A stretch of 64,000 nucleotides of DNA from an uncultured Actinomycetota bacterium (GTDB lineage Bacteria; Actinomycetota; Actinomycetes; JACCUZ01): contig CAWJWE010000014.1 of assembly GCA_963846525.1 (NCBI GenBank), positions 37,047 through 101,046 of the forward strand. The letters run 5' to 3'. Position 1 is the first letter of the stretch. Every line of letters begins with the position of its first letter. The position numbers and the translations under genes are program-made. Positions 63,481 to 64,000 of this stretch are shown in pieces. The notes under the pieces were generated by a model. It was given only the letters and a program-made list of their open reading frames with translations. It made no database searches and was not told where the DNA came from.

Positions 63481-64000
63481 CGAGGACACCACCTTCATCG
63501 TCCAGGGGATCACCGGCCGCGAGGCGGTGAACCTGACCCGCGAGTGCCTCGACTACGGCTCCAAGATCGTCGGCGGCGTCACCCCCGGGCGCAAGGGCCG
63601 CGAGGTCCACGGCGTGCCGGTCTTCGACACCGTCGCGCAGGCGGTCGACCACCACGGCGGGCCGATCGACGGCTCGGTCGTCACCGTCCCCCCCGCCTTC
63701 ACCAAGGACGCCGTCTTCGAGGCGATCGAGAACGGGATCAAGCTGATCGTCATCGTCACCGAGCGGATCCCGCGCCGCGACGTCGCCCAGATGGTCGAGC
63801 TGGCGAACATGCGAGGGCGCGCGGATCATCGGCCCCAACTGCCTCGGCCTGATCGTCCCCGAGCGTCTGCAAGATGGGCGGGATCGGCGGCCCGGCCAAC
63901 GACGCCGCCAAGGCCTACGCGCCCGGGCCGGTCGGGGTGATGACCCGCTCGGGCGGGATGACCACCGAGATCTCCTCCTCGCTGACCGCAGGCCGGGCTC
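63464..64000 (+). CDS. sucD: Succinate--CoA ligase alpha subunit, 5' part (runs off the window), frameshifted near 63820.
   Basis: RBS 'agggag' plus ATG. '[61 protein letters not shown]...VVTVPPAFTKDAVFEAIENGIKLIVIVTERIP', then 'IGPNCLGLIVPE' in another frame. Confidence 0.8.

Overview
This window is a high-GC (about 70%) actinobacterial chromosomal segment. It is mostly core genes, in an order I recognise from memory as syntenic (inverted) with the Mycobacterium tuberculosis mnmA–ligA–gatCAB–ilvBNC–serA–leuB–ilvE–gltX(+tRNA-Gln/Glu)–leuCD(+divergent IclR)–hupB–cofC–plsC–gpsA–ddl–thiL region. Accessory blocks are interspersed between the core genes.

The accessory blocks are:
- a translationally coupled XRE/cupin regulator–ureohydrolase–TPP-enzyme operon divergent from an amino-acid ABC transporter;
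- a patatin/2-hydroxyacid-DH/membrane-protein/PAP2 cluster;
- a membrane HD-GYP protein with a repetitive disordered tail;
- an RTX-like Ca-binding protein next to the tRNAs;
- a polysaccharide cassette (Gfo/Idh/MocA, an unknown enzyme, and an Alg14/Alg13-like split glycosyltransferase) placed between pckG and a junction that truncates thiL.

Regulatory elements I can support are an ilvB leader peptide with an attenuator, a terminator-like hairpin plus a perfect 19-bp inverted repeat in front of the cimA/leuA-family gene, and terminator hairpins after tRNA-Glu and hupB.

More than 25 otherwise conserved housekeeping genes need single-base frameshifts to be read through. That pattern points to uncorrected indel errors in the assembly rather than real pseudogenes. 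Coordinates of frameshifted genes are therefore approximate, and many long Arg/Pro-rich ORFs in the six-frame track are GC artefacts.
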